This document shows positions 13,593 through 26,201 of a stretch of 64,000 nucleotides of DNA, in pieces (position 1 is the stretch's first letter; each line of letters opens with the position of its first letter). Under the pieces are notes generated by a model. It was not told the origin of the DNA. It ran no database searches and saw nothing but the letters and a program-made list of their open reading frames with translations. This DNA comes from Mobula hypostoma (Eukaryota): NCBI RefSeq assembly GCF_963921235.1, contig NC_086097.1, positions 203,548,001 through 203,612,000 on the forward strand, written 5' to 3'. Both the position numbers and the translations under genes were made by a program.

Positions 13593-15289
13593 TCTCATAG
13601 TGCTGCCTGGTTCATCCAGATGGGTGTAAGCCCATTGAAGCAGGAAGATAATGGTGTCTTTGACTCCGATATGTGGTTGGTAAGCAAATTGCAGGGGGTC
13701 TAGTGATGGATTTACAGTGGTCCAGAGGTGTGTCAGGACCAATCTTTCTAATGATTTCAGGACATGTGAGATCAGTGCCACTGGTCTGTAGTCACTGGGC
13801 ATGGTGGGACATGTCTCTTTGGGTACTGGAACTAGGCAGGATATTTTCCCCAGCACAGGGATCCTCTCCGGGCTCGGGCTCAGGTTCAGATTAAGGATGT
13901 ATTGAAAGACTACACCCAACTGAGTGGCACACACCTTGAATACCTTTGGGCTGATGCCATCCAGACCTACAGCCTTGACTGGGTGAAGTCTGCTGAGCTC
14001 TCTCCTTGGATCTGCTCAACAGTGACAGTCCATGTGTCTGTGGTCGTTGGCTCTCTGGTGTACTTGGAAAGAGACAGAGGGTGAGGGGTGAGAGGGGAGG
14101 AGTCCGGGGTTGATGGGTTGTAGGGGGGGTAAACAGAAGCCTCCTCATCAAACCTATTGAAAAATCCATTTGACTCATTGGCCCTGTCCTGGTCCCCTTC
14201 AATCAACTGGTCTCTGGTCTTTTTTGTACCCTGTGATCACTTTCATACCCCTCCATATATCTTTTAATGTTGTTCTGCTGTAGTTTCCTCTCCAGCTTCC
14301 TCCTTGCCCTGGGTGATCTTCTCCCTCAGTCCCCTCTGAACCAGCCTCATCTCCTCCCTATCTCCATCTCTGAATGCCCTTGTTCAGTATGGCTTTGATG
14401 TCTCTGGTGACCCAAAGTTTATTGTTTGGGAAACAGTGTACAGTCCTGGTTGGAACAGTATTATCCACACAGAAGTTGATGTACCCTGCAATGCAGTCTG
14501 TCATTTCATCAATGTCCTCTCCATATGGACATCAGCACACATCGTAGTCTGTCCCTTCAAAGCAGCCTTGCAGAGCCTCATTGGCCTCCTGTGACCATTT
14601 CCTAATAGACTCCCTGATCACAGATTGCTGCTGGACCAGAGACTTCGACAAGGGCTGAAGATATACCAGGTTATGATCTGATCTGCTAAGAGGGGGAAAG
14701 GCTATGGCACTATACGCGTCCTTAATACTTGCATATAGCAAATCCAAAATCTTATTTTCCCTGGTTTGATAGTCAAGCTTCAACTTCTGTTGTAGCCTTA
14801 TGTTGCATTGAAACCTCAGCAAGCTCTATTTCACCCAAAGCCTCTCACCAATAATAAACCCATTAAACCTATACTGTTCAATCTCCATTGTGATTGTGAA
14901 TCCAACTCAATTCAAGTCATATCATTCTTAGATTTCTTGTTTTGAGTTCTCCCAGTGTTTTTTTTAATTACTTCCTCCTGCCTTTTCCTGTAACTAGAGC
15001 TCACACCCACTCCTCTAACACCGAAACTTGTACCTCATCATTGAATATTTCCACTTCTTACATTCCTATACTATGGCCAGTACGTCTTGCACTTTCTATC
15101 TTCATTCATTACCCTCCTATTTGACTCTTCCTTTGCACTCCTGCTTTAGCTCTCCATTTAGAGTTTTTCTTATTATGCTGAGCTTTTAATAAACTTACTA
15201 TTCAGCTCACTGAGGGAAGGATGTTATATTGACACAATTTATAAACTTGTGTTTTTCACATCACATCACAAGTGGGAGGAGCTTAAGAG

Positions 15290-16005
15290 AACGATGGTGC
15301 CTACGGTGACTTCTTTGCTTGCATCTTTGGAAACAGCTTTATTTCTTTCTTTAATATCCCTATTCTTCCCTTTCAGGGTTCTTTTGAAAACCCTGACCTG
15401 AAGTTATGAGCTGATTTCGGTTCTTTGCGGGAATGGGACCTGCTGTCAGGGCCTCACAACTGGCCACTATTTGGCATGCCAAGGATGCGGCCTAGAAGAC
15501 TAGTGCACCTTCAGGGTTCGGGGATTTCGTGGCTCTGGAGGCGGGCGGACTCGATATTGGTGCCACCACACAGAGCTTGGAAAAAGCGATGCAACAGACT
15601 TTTAACCTCGTAAATCAGCGAGTTGTTTGTTATGTCTCCCCTCTTGCTGCGAAATGGAGACACATCTTTCTCCCTTATTAGGGAGAGAGAGAGAGCCTGT
15701 GGGTATGTTGAATACTGGGTGGATGAGTAGTCTTTGGGGTATTGCAGGTCTGTGTTTCTATTGATGCTTTGCTGCGCGCTTGAGTGCTCGGTGGGGGATG
15801 CCGATGCTTTTTTGCTGGGGGGGGGTGATTTTTGCTTTGCTGCTGCTTATGAGTGGGGGGGAGTTGGGTGGGGCTTTGGGATTCTAACATTTAACTGTCG
15901 GTCATTCTTTGGGGCACTCCTCTGTTTTCTTGGATGTTTGTAAAGAAAAAGCATTTCAGGATGTATATTTCTCTGACATTAAATGTAGCTTTGAAACCTT
16001 TGAAA
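15290..16005 (+). mobile_element. Non-autonomous retroposon-like repeat with short-repeat 3' tail
   Basis: GC/CpG-richer island with no credible ORF; starts gatggtgcc and ends attaaa..ctttgaaacctttgaaac. Confidence 0.5.
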
Positions 16006-16744
16006 CTATTGAAACATGCATTGGCGGTGCTTCAAGGTATGACGATATTTAGACTCACACAAACATATTTATTTCATCTAAAAGTATTCTTGCTGGTATT
16101 GGGACATTTACCAATCCCACACTTTGGAATACACTCATTTCTTTTTACTTAAACCCAAATGCTAAGATCCATAGCTGTAAGGAGGGAGACCAGACATCAT
16201 GTAGTTGATTTACATAAACATTGACCTCTGGCGTACCCAAACTGACCAAAGGTAAACAGTTTGTAGTTGCCTTCTAAAAAGCTGTCTCCAGCTAATCACT
16301 GAAGCCAAAACACCACATGTCTGAGAGTTGCTGAAAGGATTATGAACTGCTCCAGAGGTGATAAGACAGAGTGCAAACTCTAGTCAGAATCTTTCAACCA
16401 AGTGGGGACCACTTTTCCCATAACATCTCAAGGATTCAAGTACTGAACAATCTAGTAAGTGCTGATATTAGAAAAGAAAGCAAATCAGATCAATGAATGA
16501 ATTTCATAAAGGACAGTGATTAGGAAGTAATATTAAGGTTAATAGCTGAGATGTTAGTGTAGCGATACTTGCTGCCTGAAAATAAATTCTAGGATATTGC
16601 TGGTAGTGTGGTTTGAAACTTCAAGTGAAGCCCAATGCCCATTCTTGGTGAACATTGGAATGTTCTCTTCTTATTCTTGCCGCATTGCACCACGTGGTTA
16701 ATGTCCAAAACAAGATGTACATGAATATAGACTTTAACATTCAT

Positions 16745-16960
16745 AAAACTATCTGCTGTAGGAACTCAATGGGTCAGGCAGCATCTGTGGAGGCAGTGGG
16801 ATACTCAACATTTCAGGACCTGGACTGGTTGAGGTAGGCCTTTAACCTGAAACATCCACTAACTCTTTGCTTCCACAGATGCTGCCTGACACACTGAGGT
16901 CCTCCAGCAGCTTGTTTTTATTTTGCTCTGGATTTCAGCATCAGCTGTCTCTTGTACCTC
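16745..16960. mobile_element. Older Penelope pLTR-derived fold-back remnant
   Basis: gctgtaggaactca..tcaggcagcatctgtgga mirrored by tccacagatgctgcctga..tgaggtcctccagc; degenerate cctgaaacat in the centre. Confidence 0.65.
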
Positions 16961-17594
16961 TGTTTAACAGTATTCAGTTCTCTGCATAAAACACCAGACC
17001 TTCAAATTTTGAAATCTCAGCAATAATATTGATATTACATCCAAGAGGGACTCACAAACCCTCTCTGCTTTATTAGGTCATTGGGGGTTGTCTCATTTCT
17101 GTAGAAGATGCTAGACACACATTAACAGTTCTGTGATGTTCCACTAGCTCCACACCTGCAAAACCTTTGGCCTAATTTCACACAGGGTCAATAGTATTTC
17201 ACAAATCAGATTGTTTCTATTCAGCTCATGAGCACAGGGCCTCACTGGTTTGTGAATTATTCTCAAGAAGGGAGTTGCTTCTCCTCTAGAATGGGAAAAC
17301 TGACTTGGTTTGGGCTACTCATGGCTCATGTGGGAATGGCCCACATTTAACTTGCCAGGCCTCTTGGTGGTTTTGATGAGGCTGGGATTCATTACAGGTT
17401 CAGCAGTCAGACTCCTTTCCACAGGATCATTCCATTTTTGTCTGCCTCCTATCTCTCCTTAATTACATAAAAGACAGCCATACCTGGGATTTCCAGCAGT
17501 CACATTCCAGAGTTGTGACAAGAGAGTGTCATAATCAGTGAAAAAGTTCAATGATGATTCTTGCTCATTTTTTAATCTCATAATTTCTTCCAAT

Positions 17595-17895
17595 GTGGAA
17601 GGAGGCCACTTTGACAATTTTCTCTATGATGACCTTCAGAGCAATAGCATCAAACCCATTCCTCCTCCTATTTCCCTTCGTCCATTTTATCTTCTACCAA
17701 CTTGATTCTGCCACCGTCCACCAACACTCATTTAATTAATGCCTTTGGGATGCCAGAGCCAGAGGGAATCAGAGCACCTGGGGGATACCAATGCATTTGA
17801 GGAAAAAATGTACTGACACTACACAGGCAGCAACAGAGGTCAGGAATGAATTAGTGCTACTGGATTAGTGAGGCAGCAGCCTTACCTGTTGTGCT
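17595..17895 (-). mobile_element. Old V-SINE/HE1-like SINE
   Basis: Minus-strand V-domain-like cccccaggtgctctgattccctc...catcccaaag; tRNA-head-like gctgctgcctcac..tcctgacctc. Confidence 0.55.
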
Positions 17896-18236
17896 CTGCT
17901 CTGCTTAGAGTAACACCTTTCTAATAGTTCTCAGTTATTAAATTGATGATGTTCTCCAATTTACTCTATAATAAATTGGCTAGATTACACTGAAACATTT
18001 CTTCTCATTTGGTGAATTCATGGATAATTTGACATTAATTCAGCAATGTATGTGTACATCGTGTTTGATGAACTTTGTCAGTTTCCTTTAACTGGTTCCT
18101 TTATGTGCTACAATAGTTCTCAATTTGCAAACCACTTTCTACCTTGAAGAACTAGGCATGTTTTGTTAAAGGTGCAGTAGTGTTCACAGTTTCAGTGTCA
18201 AGTGTGTGACTTGGGTTTGGAGCTAATTATAATTAC

Positions 18237-18860
18237 AACATAGAAACATAGAAACATAGAAAATAGGTGCAGGAGTAGGCTATTCAGCCCTTCGAGCCTG
18301 CACCGCCATTCAGTATGATCATGGCTAATCATCCAACTCAGAACCCTGTATAACCGTCCCTCCATACCCCCGATTCCTTTAGCCACAAGGGTCATATCTA
18401 ACTCCCTCTTAAATATAGCCAACGAACTGGCCTCAACTGTTTCCTGTGGCAGAGAATTCCACGGATTCACCACTCTCTGTGTGAAGAAGTTTTTCCTAAT
18501 CTCGGTCCTAAAAGGCTTCCCCTTTATCCTTAAACTGTGACCCCTCATTCTGGACTTGCCCAACATCGGGAACAATCTTCCTGCATCTAGCCTGTCCAAT
18601 CCCTTTAGGATTTTATACGTTTCAATAAGATACCCTCTCAATCTTCTAAATTCCAATGAATATAAGTCTAGCCAATCCAGTCTTTTATCATATGAAAGTC
18701 CTGCCATCCCAGGAATCAATCTGGTGAACCTTCTTTGTACTCCCTCTATGGCAAAGATGTCTTTCCTCAGATTAGGGGACCAAAACTGCACACAATACTC
18801 CAGGTGTGGTCTCACCAAGGCCTTGTACAACTGCAGTAGTACCTCCCTGCTCCTGTACTT
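18237..18860 (-). mobile_element. CR1 3' fragment
   Basis: [29 protein letters not shown]; (CTATGTTT)n tail. Confidence 0.95.
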
Positions 18861-19019
18861 GAAAACACCCAGTTTTCTGACTTGACATTGATGAAACATC
18901 CTTGCAGAGGTTTCCAGACCAATATTCATTTTAAATGACAGCCTGAGGTGTCCTTAATAACTTTTGCCTCAAAATGTAGAGAAAACTAAGCTCCTACTTG
19001 TTACTAATGATCACCCAGG

Positions 19020-20160
19020 TGTTCAGTTAGTTTGGATTGGCAACAAGATCTCCTCCATGATCCCCATCTGCACAGGTGTACCACAAAGCTCTACATGCTT
19101 TAAACTTCTGACTGTGAGGCTAAGCCCAGCTCCAATGCAATATTCAAGTTTGCTGATGACACCACTGTTGTAGACTGAATCAAAGTTGGTGATGAATGAA
19201 CATATAAGAGGAAGATTGAAGATCTGGCTGAGTGGTGCCCAACAACAACCTCTCTCTCAATGCCAGCAAGACCAAGGAGCTGATTGTAGACTTCAGGAGA
19301 AGGAAGACAGAAGTCCATGAGCCTGTCCTCATCAGAGGATCTGAGGTGGAGAGTCAGCATCTTTAAATCACTTGGTATTATTATTTCAGAGCACTTGTTC
19401 GGGCGGGTGGGGGGGGTGGTGTGGGCTGCAATTATGTAAGTGCAATTACAAAGAAAGCACAGCAGCACCTCTACTTCCTTAGAAGTCTGCAAAGATTTGG
19501 CATGACATCTAAAACTTTGACGGACTTTTATAGATGTGTAGTGGAAAGTATACTGAATGGCTGCATCACAGCCTGCTATGGAAACACCAATGCCCTTGAA
19601 TGGAAAGTCCTACAAAAATTAGTGGATTTGGCCCAGTCCATCGCAGGTAAAGCCCTTCCCACCATTGAGCACATCCTCATGAAACACTGTCACAGGAAAA
19701 CAGCATCCATCACCAGGGACCCCACCACCCAGGACATGCTCTGTTCTCTCTGCTGCCTTCGGGAAGAAGGTACAGGAGCCTGATGACTCATAACACCATA
19801 TTCAGGAACAGTTGCTACCCTTCACCCATCAGGCTCTTGAACCAAAGGGGATAATTTCACTCAGCTTCACTTGCTGCATCATTAAAACGTTCCCACTATC
19901 AGTGGACTCACTTTCAAGTACTCTTTGTCTCATGCTCTTGATATTTATTGCTTATTTAGTTCTTCTTCTTCTTATTTATTTTTCTTTGTATTTGCACAGT
20001 TTGTTGTCTTTTGCACACTGGTTGAACTCCCTAGTTGGTGCAGTTGATCATTGATTCTGTAATGGTTATTATTCTATGTATCGATGCGAGAAAATGAATC
20101 TCAGGCTTGTATATGGTGACACATATGTATTTTGATAATAGATTTTCTTTGACCTTTGAA
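19020..20160 (+). mobile_element. Rex1/Babar-like LINE 3' fragment
   Basis: KFADDTTVV, NLSLNASKTKELIVDFRR, KKAQQHLYFLRSL, YRCVVESILNGCITACYGN; tail ctttgacctttga. Confidence 0.85.
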
Positions 20161-21799
20161 ATGAGTTTGTCACAGATCACATATCTGTGGATGATATTTT
20201 AGAAAATCTCAACTATCTTACATGTAGTAAAGACAATTTGGGTGCTATAAGGGTGAATCAAAGTCTACTTTACCACTTTAAAATGTTGCTTATTTGCTAG
20301 TTCTGGTATAGGAGAGTATTGAATATCGTAGGTAAATGTTTCTGAGGAATAAATTTCAGTACACAATTCTGTTCATATTGTCTTCGAAGGTCGAACATAA
20401 TCTTACATAGATTTGGTGAGATTGACAACAGGTTAAGTCTTATCAGAATGGTAGCTAAAAACATTCACTTTTTAAAAAATAATGTAAATTATAATTTTAT
20501 TTTAATTAAAATGGATGGAGTTAAGATGAAAATTACTGAGTGAGTTTATTCTAATAACAATGGGAATCTAATTCTGCAAGATGACGGAAGTAAAGCAATG
20601 GAAAAAATGGGACAGTGAGATATTTAAGTACAAAAGTTTTTAATCATGCATCACAGGAGTACGAGGAATGTGAGAAACCTTTCAGATGTTGTGCAGACAT
20701 TAAAACTCTGTGGTCTGTGTCTGGTTAACTGGTGACTTCAGGATGGTGGAGAGCATTGACGCAGGCTTCCTGTGGGATCCTTCTGTATTGCAGCCAGTGC
20801 TGGCTGAGCTTTAAAAATGAACCTGAGGGAGAAGTCAGAGTAAGAATGATTTGGGCTGAGCTAAGCACATCTCCGCAGGGCCATGCTTTGCACAGTTGGA
20901 CTGGATCACACTGACACAGTGAAAACGTGGTGGCTCCAGCCTGGCGGGCCACTCAGCAGGTTGATGGATGTCCAAGGATCTTGCCACTGAGGCCAGTAAA
21001 ATCAAGCCACAATGAGTTACAGTTTCCCAGTTTTCTTTCCTCCCCCACCCCCCACACTCACACAAACAGTCATTGCTATTAGAATTTCACAGCTCATTTT
21101 ACGTCATTACTCATTCCTTCTCACAGTACATTTGGATGATTCTGCCGTATGGCATCAGTTTAATCATCCTCATTACATCAAATAAAACTAAAAATCTCTC
21201 AGTTCAATATTATTTTTAACAAGATAAAGCTTCTTTTAAAAGAAAAGCTTTCAAACTCACGACAGAATTTAATTCTTGCTTAAGTGTGAAGTCTGTCTTC
21301 GATCTATTTAATTGACTCCATTACATATCAGCATCCCCCTTATCAAACTAGGCAGTGAAATTTGGCAAAAAGGTTTCACTTCGTAATGATTCTGGAGCAG
21401 GATTGTGTACTTTGTTCAAAGAGCAGGGGGAAGAAAAGCTGCAGTTGATAGAGATCTGATATAAAAACACAAAAAAGTTGGAAATACTCAGGTCTGGAGC
21501 ACCTATATATACAGAGAGAGAGAGAGAGAGAGGAATGACCTCAGGTGGATGACCTTTCATTAGAACTGGGAAATGTTAAATAACAAATGTGTTTTATGTT
21601 GCAGAGAACAGGGAGGGGCGGAAAGAACAAACAAAATTATGGTGATAGGGTGGAGACCAAAGATAATAAATGACACAAGTGGTAGTGCGATTAACTCTGT
21701 TTCTATTTCTACAGACACTGCCTGTTGATTGTTTCCAGCACTATCTTCAATTTTTTTTTCGTGACGCTTTTAGCATTTGGCAACGGATTTGCCAAACTC

Positions 21800-22780
21800 T
21801 AATCACAAACAAGAGGAAATCTGCAGTTGCTGGAAATCTGAGCAACACATACAAAATGCTGGAGGAACTCAGCAAGCCAGGCAGCATCTATGGAAAAGAG
21901 TAGACGGTCGACATTTTGGGCTGAGACCAAAAAGAGATGAGAAGTTAGTGTAAGAAGGTGGGGGGGGGGGGAGAGGGAGAAATACAAGGTGAGAGGAAAC
22001 TGGGAAGGGTGAAGTAAAGTGATGGGAAGTCAACTGGTGAAAAAGATAAAGGGTTGGAGAAAGGGGACTATACTTGAACTATATCTCTTCCCACCCTGTT
22101 CTTTGTAAAAATGCCACCCCCTTCTCTCAAATTCTCCGTCTCCACTGCATCTGCTCTCAGGATGAGGCTTTTCATATCAGAACTAAGGAGATGTCCTCCT
22201 TCTTCAAAGAAAGGGGCTTCTCTACTTCCACTATCAACACTGCTCTGAACCATATCTCTTCCATTTTGCACACATCTGCCCACACCCCATCCTCCCACCT
22301 CCCTTCCAGGGATAGGCTTCCTCTTGTCCTCACCTACCAATCCACCAGCCTTCCCGTCCAGCACATAATTCTCCGTAAATTCTGCATTCTCCAACAGGAT
22401 TCCACCACTAAGCCCAGCTTTCCCTACACCACTTTCTGCTTTCCGCAGGGACTCCCTTGTCCATTTGTCCTTCCCCACTGATCCCTCCCCTGGCACTTAT
22501 CCTTGCAAGCAGAACAAGTGCTATACCTCCCCTTACACCTCCTCCTTCACTACCATTCAAGGCCCCAAACAGTCCTTACAGGTAAGGTGACACTTCACCT
22601 GTGGGCCTTTTCGGGTCATACACTGTATCCAATGCTCCCGGTGTGGCCCCCTGTATATCGGTGAGACCTGACGTAGACTGGGAGACTGCTTCACCAAGCA
22701 CTTATGCTCCATCTGCTGGAAAAAGTGGGATCTCCCAGAGGCCACCCATTTTAATTCCACTTCCCATTTCCATTTCGACA
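21800..22780. mobile_element. Penelope-like element remnant: inverted pLTR (minus) followed by plus-strand RT end/GIY-YIG fragment
   Basis: pLTR 21800-22065; ORF 22074-22481 SSHPVLCKNATPFSQILRLHCICS; GIY-YIG-like VIHCIQCSRCGPLYIGET at ~22615-22670. Confidence 0.85.
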
Positions 22781-22937
22781 AGTTGGCAGCTTACTCAGCG
22801 GCAGGAGCAGTGCACAGGGAGGAGAATTCTCAAAAGTTGGCAGCATTTGTTTAAAAGGTGTGCTTTACACGCGTGTCATTCCAGCAGCCCAATCAGTGGC
22901 AAAGGTAGTGCAGGGAGGAGTAAATAAGACCGGCATA

Positions 22938-23078
22938 ACAGTATTTCAGAGGAGTAAAGGAAATTACAGTGGTATGAGAGAGGAGTTGGCCAAAGTAAGT
23001 TGGAAGGGGATGCTGGCAGGAATGACAGCAGAGCAGTAATGGCTTGAGTTTCTGGAAAAATGAGGAATTGCAGGGTAG
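22938..23078 (+). mobile_element. Short CR1 ORF2 fragment
   Basis: Reads SKGNYSGMREELAKVSWKG, similar to CR1 sequence near 7785-7850. Confidence 0.6.
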
Positions 23079-23664
23079 ATTAGATTAGATTATGAGGACA
23101 TGCAGTCCTCTTTTATTGTCATTTAGTAATGCATGCATTAAGAAATGATACAATGTTCCTCCAGTGTGATATCACAGAAACACAAGACAGACCAAGACTG
23201 AAAAACTGACAAAAACCACATAACTATAACATATAGTTACAACGGTGCAAAGCAATACCGTAGTTTGGTAGAAGAACAGACCAAGTGCATGGTAAAAAAT
23301 GTCTCAAAGTCTCTCGAAATTCCCAACATCTCACGCAGACGGTAGAAGGAAGAAAACTCTCCCTGCCATGAGCTTCCAACGCCGCAAACTTGCCAATGCA
23401 GCATCCTGGAAGCCCCCGACCACAGTCCGACTCTCAGGCCGTCTGAAAACTTCAAGCCTCCGACCAGCCTTCTTACACCGAGCACTGAGCACCATCCCTG
23501 CTGAGCGCTTTGACCCCAGCTCCGGCCGCCAGCAACAGGCAAAACTGAGGATTTGGGGCCTTTCCCTCCAAAGATTCCCGATTGCACAGTAGCAGCGGCA
23601 GCGAACCAGGTATTTCAGAAGTTTCTCCAGATGTTTCTCCATGCTTCTCACATTTGTCTCCATC
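23077..23664 (-). mobile_element. Non-autonomous retroposon with (AATCT)n tail
   Basis: Plus strand begins (agatt)3 followed by tttattgtcat, i.e. minus-strand atgacaataaa..(aatct)n, the same 3' end type as the Rex1/Babar copy at ~59883-59920; CpG-rich non-coding body. Confidence 0.6.
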
Positions 23665-24105
23665 AACACACATCAAAGTTGCTGGTGAACGCAGCAGGCC
23701 AGGCAGCATCTTTAGGAAGAGGTACAGTCAACGTTTCAGGCCGAGACCCTTCGTCAGGACTAATTGAAGGAAGAGCTAATAAGAGATTTGAAAGTGGGAG
23801 GGGGAGGGGGAGATCCAAAATGATAGGAGAAGACAGGAGGGGGAGCCAAGAGCTGGACAGTTGATTGGCAAAAGGGATATGAGAGGATCATGGGACAGGA
23901 GGCCCAGGGAGAAGGAAAAGGGGGAGGGGGGGAAAAACCCAGAGGATGGGCAAGGGGTATAGTCAGAGGGACAGAGGGAGAAAAAGGAGAGAGAGAGAAA
24001 GAATGTGTGTATATAAATAAATAACGGATGGGGTACGAGGGGGAGGTGGGGCATTAGTGGAAGTTAGAGAAGTCAATGTTCATGCCATCAGGTTGGAGGC
24101 TACCC
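23665..24105 (-). mobile_element. Penelope pLTR / 3' fragment with hammerhead motif
   Basis: Near-copy of 26202-26643; minus strand 23725-23762 reads tagtcCTGACGAagggtctcggcctGAAACGTTgactg. Confidence 0.88.
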
Positions 24106-24734
24106 AACAAAACAGACACTGCCTGTTGATTGTTTCCAGCACTATCTTCAATTTTTTTTTGTGCCACTTTTAGCATTTGGCAACGGACTAAATGAATCAT
24201 TAGAAGGGAAAAGATGAAATACCAAATGAATAAACAGTTGACATTTTGGGTTAAGACCCTCTTCAGGGCAGAAAAGGAAAGGGGTATATGCCAGAATAAG
24301 AAGGTTGGGGGAGGGGAGAGAAGGACAAGCTAGAAGCTGATAAGTGAAGCCAGGAGGATGGGAGAGGATGAAGTCTGCAAAGACAAGCTCCCAGGAAGGA
24401 TCTGCTGAGTCTCAACCCAAAACATCACTGAAAATAGATGTTGCCTTACCTGCTGAGCTCCCTCAGCATTTTGTGTGCATTGCTCTGAACATGCAGCATC
24501 TGCAGGATCCCCTGTGTTTATGATTTACTTCAGCTTCTGCAGTCTGCCTGGTAGGGTAGAGAGAAAATCTGTTGGGAAGGGAGCTCCGAAGTTTGAATCC
24601 AGGAGGGATAATGTCATGATACTGTGTGACCTGGAAAGGAACTTACAGGGGTGGTGTTCTAGTATGCCTCCTGCCCTTCCAGCAGGCAGATCTCTTAAGT
24701 ATGAGAGCGTTGTTAGAGTGATTATTTCGAAATT

Positions 24735-24910
24735 ATTTAGAGATGCAGCACAGTAACGAGTCCTTCTGGCCCAAAGAGTCCGTACTGCTCAATTACATGC
24801 ACGTAACCAATTAACATGCTATTCCATACATCTTTGGAAAGTGTGAAGAAACCAGAGCACCCGGAGAAAACCCGCATGAAGTTTCAAACTCCCTGTAGAC
24901 AGCAGCGAGA
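24735..24910 (-). mobile_element. HE1/V-SINE-like SINE fragment
   Basis: Minus-strand V-domain gggttttctccgggtgctctggtttcttcacactttccaaagatgta followed by a CR1-like 3' tail. Confidence 0.7.
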
Positions 24911-26201
24911 TGTGATGTATACAGTCTATAGAATGCAGTATAATTACTGGGTAATCTGTAAATTGTATACGTTTTAGTAACAGTGAGAGAGGAATGCGAG
25001 GAGTAAATATTTAACAAGGTGAAAGGGGTAAGCAGGCTGCTTTGTTCTGGTTGAAGTCAAGCTTCATCTACGCAAGTGGAGAGTATTTTATCACAGGCAT
25101 GCCTTCTAGGTGGCAGATAATTTTGGGGAATTAGTAAGTCATTCACTGCAGGATATTCAAGTTCAAAGTTCAAAGTACATTTATTATCAAAGTATGTATA
25201 CTTTATGCAACCTTGAGATTTGTGTCCTTGTGGTCGGCCAAGAAAAAAGGAAACCCAATAAAACAAAAGAAGACTGTCAAACGTTCAGTGCACAGACAGA
25301 AAAAAAAACCAGATCGTACAAACAATAACAGTATTCAGAACTGAAGTTCAGTGTAGAGTCCGGTGCTGATGGGACCGTGCACTCGTGTAACAAGTGTAAC
25401 ATTGTACAAAGCAGATAGACTGATTATGTTTTATTAAACATTTAATTGACAATAAAAATAATGATTTAGCTTCAGCTTAGAGATCTTTAAGCACAAATGC
25501 CACTGGCACCACTTTCAAAACACCTTTACAAAGCAGAAGTACCATAAATAATTACAACATGAATGAATAAGTGAAGGCGCTTCAGTGATCTACTGCATTC
25601 ACTCATTCATCTCACATTATTGATTGGCATTAATGCAGTTCTTTGATGATGCCATTGACACTGAAAGTGTAAATAAAAATATTCTTTCCAAATGACTTGC
25701 AGTTGAGAGGAAAAAAATACAGGAATGAAAAGTTAATTGTCACAGTTTGCAGCAGTTAACATTCTAATTTGAAACAGACCAAACAGTGCTATTCAAATCC
25801 AGAATCAGAGAAGCAGTAGTGAGATGGCACAGAAATGGGTGCAATTTCAGCTTGTGATCCAGACAGCAAAATGATTGAAATCCTTTAGTTTCTTCATTAC
25901 TAATTTTAAAAGTGACTACCACCAGAAACTTGCAAAAAAAGAAAATCCAATAAATCTGCTTGATTTGATTATGAAACTGTGGATTTGAAGACCCAGATTG
26001 AAGATGGTGGAGGAACAGTAGAATGATGAAGATCACTGTAGTTGTTAGAGTAGAACATATTTCCAACCTGCTTGCCTATTATTTATTCAGTCTGGGAACC
26101 ACTGACAAAGCTGCAATTTCTTAACTATCCTCAAATACCCTTGAGAATGTTGTAGCAAGCTGCCATCTTTAACTGCGAGAGTCTTACTGGTGTATGATGG
26201 T

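Larger units (their letters stand above)
13000..14800 (-). mobile_element. Rex1/Babar-like LINE fragment (APE end + RT), interrupted by a Penelope fold-back insertion
   Basis: TRENKILDLLYASIKDAYSAIAFPPLSRSDHNLVYL; DYRPVALISHVLKSLERLV..LDPLQFAYQ; a decayed RIMF..SSAFNTVQP motif resumes beyond the 13365-13592 insertion; 3' boundary approximate. Confidence 0.85.

Noticed and set aside
13449..13934. 161-aa ORF as a novel fusion protein
   Set aside because: Artefact of Rex1/Babar RT reading through into the inserted palindrome.
20725..21065. GC-richer segment with overlapping short ORFs
   Set aside because: No recognisable domain; could be an exon or regulatory element but is unsupported.
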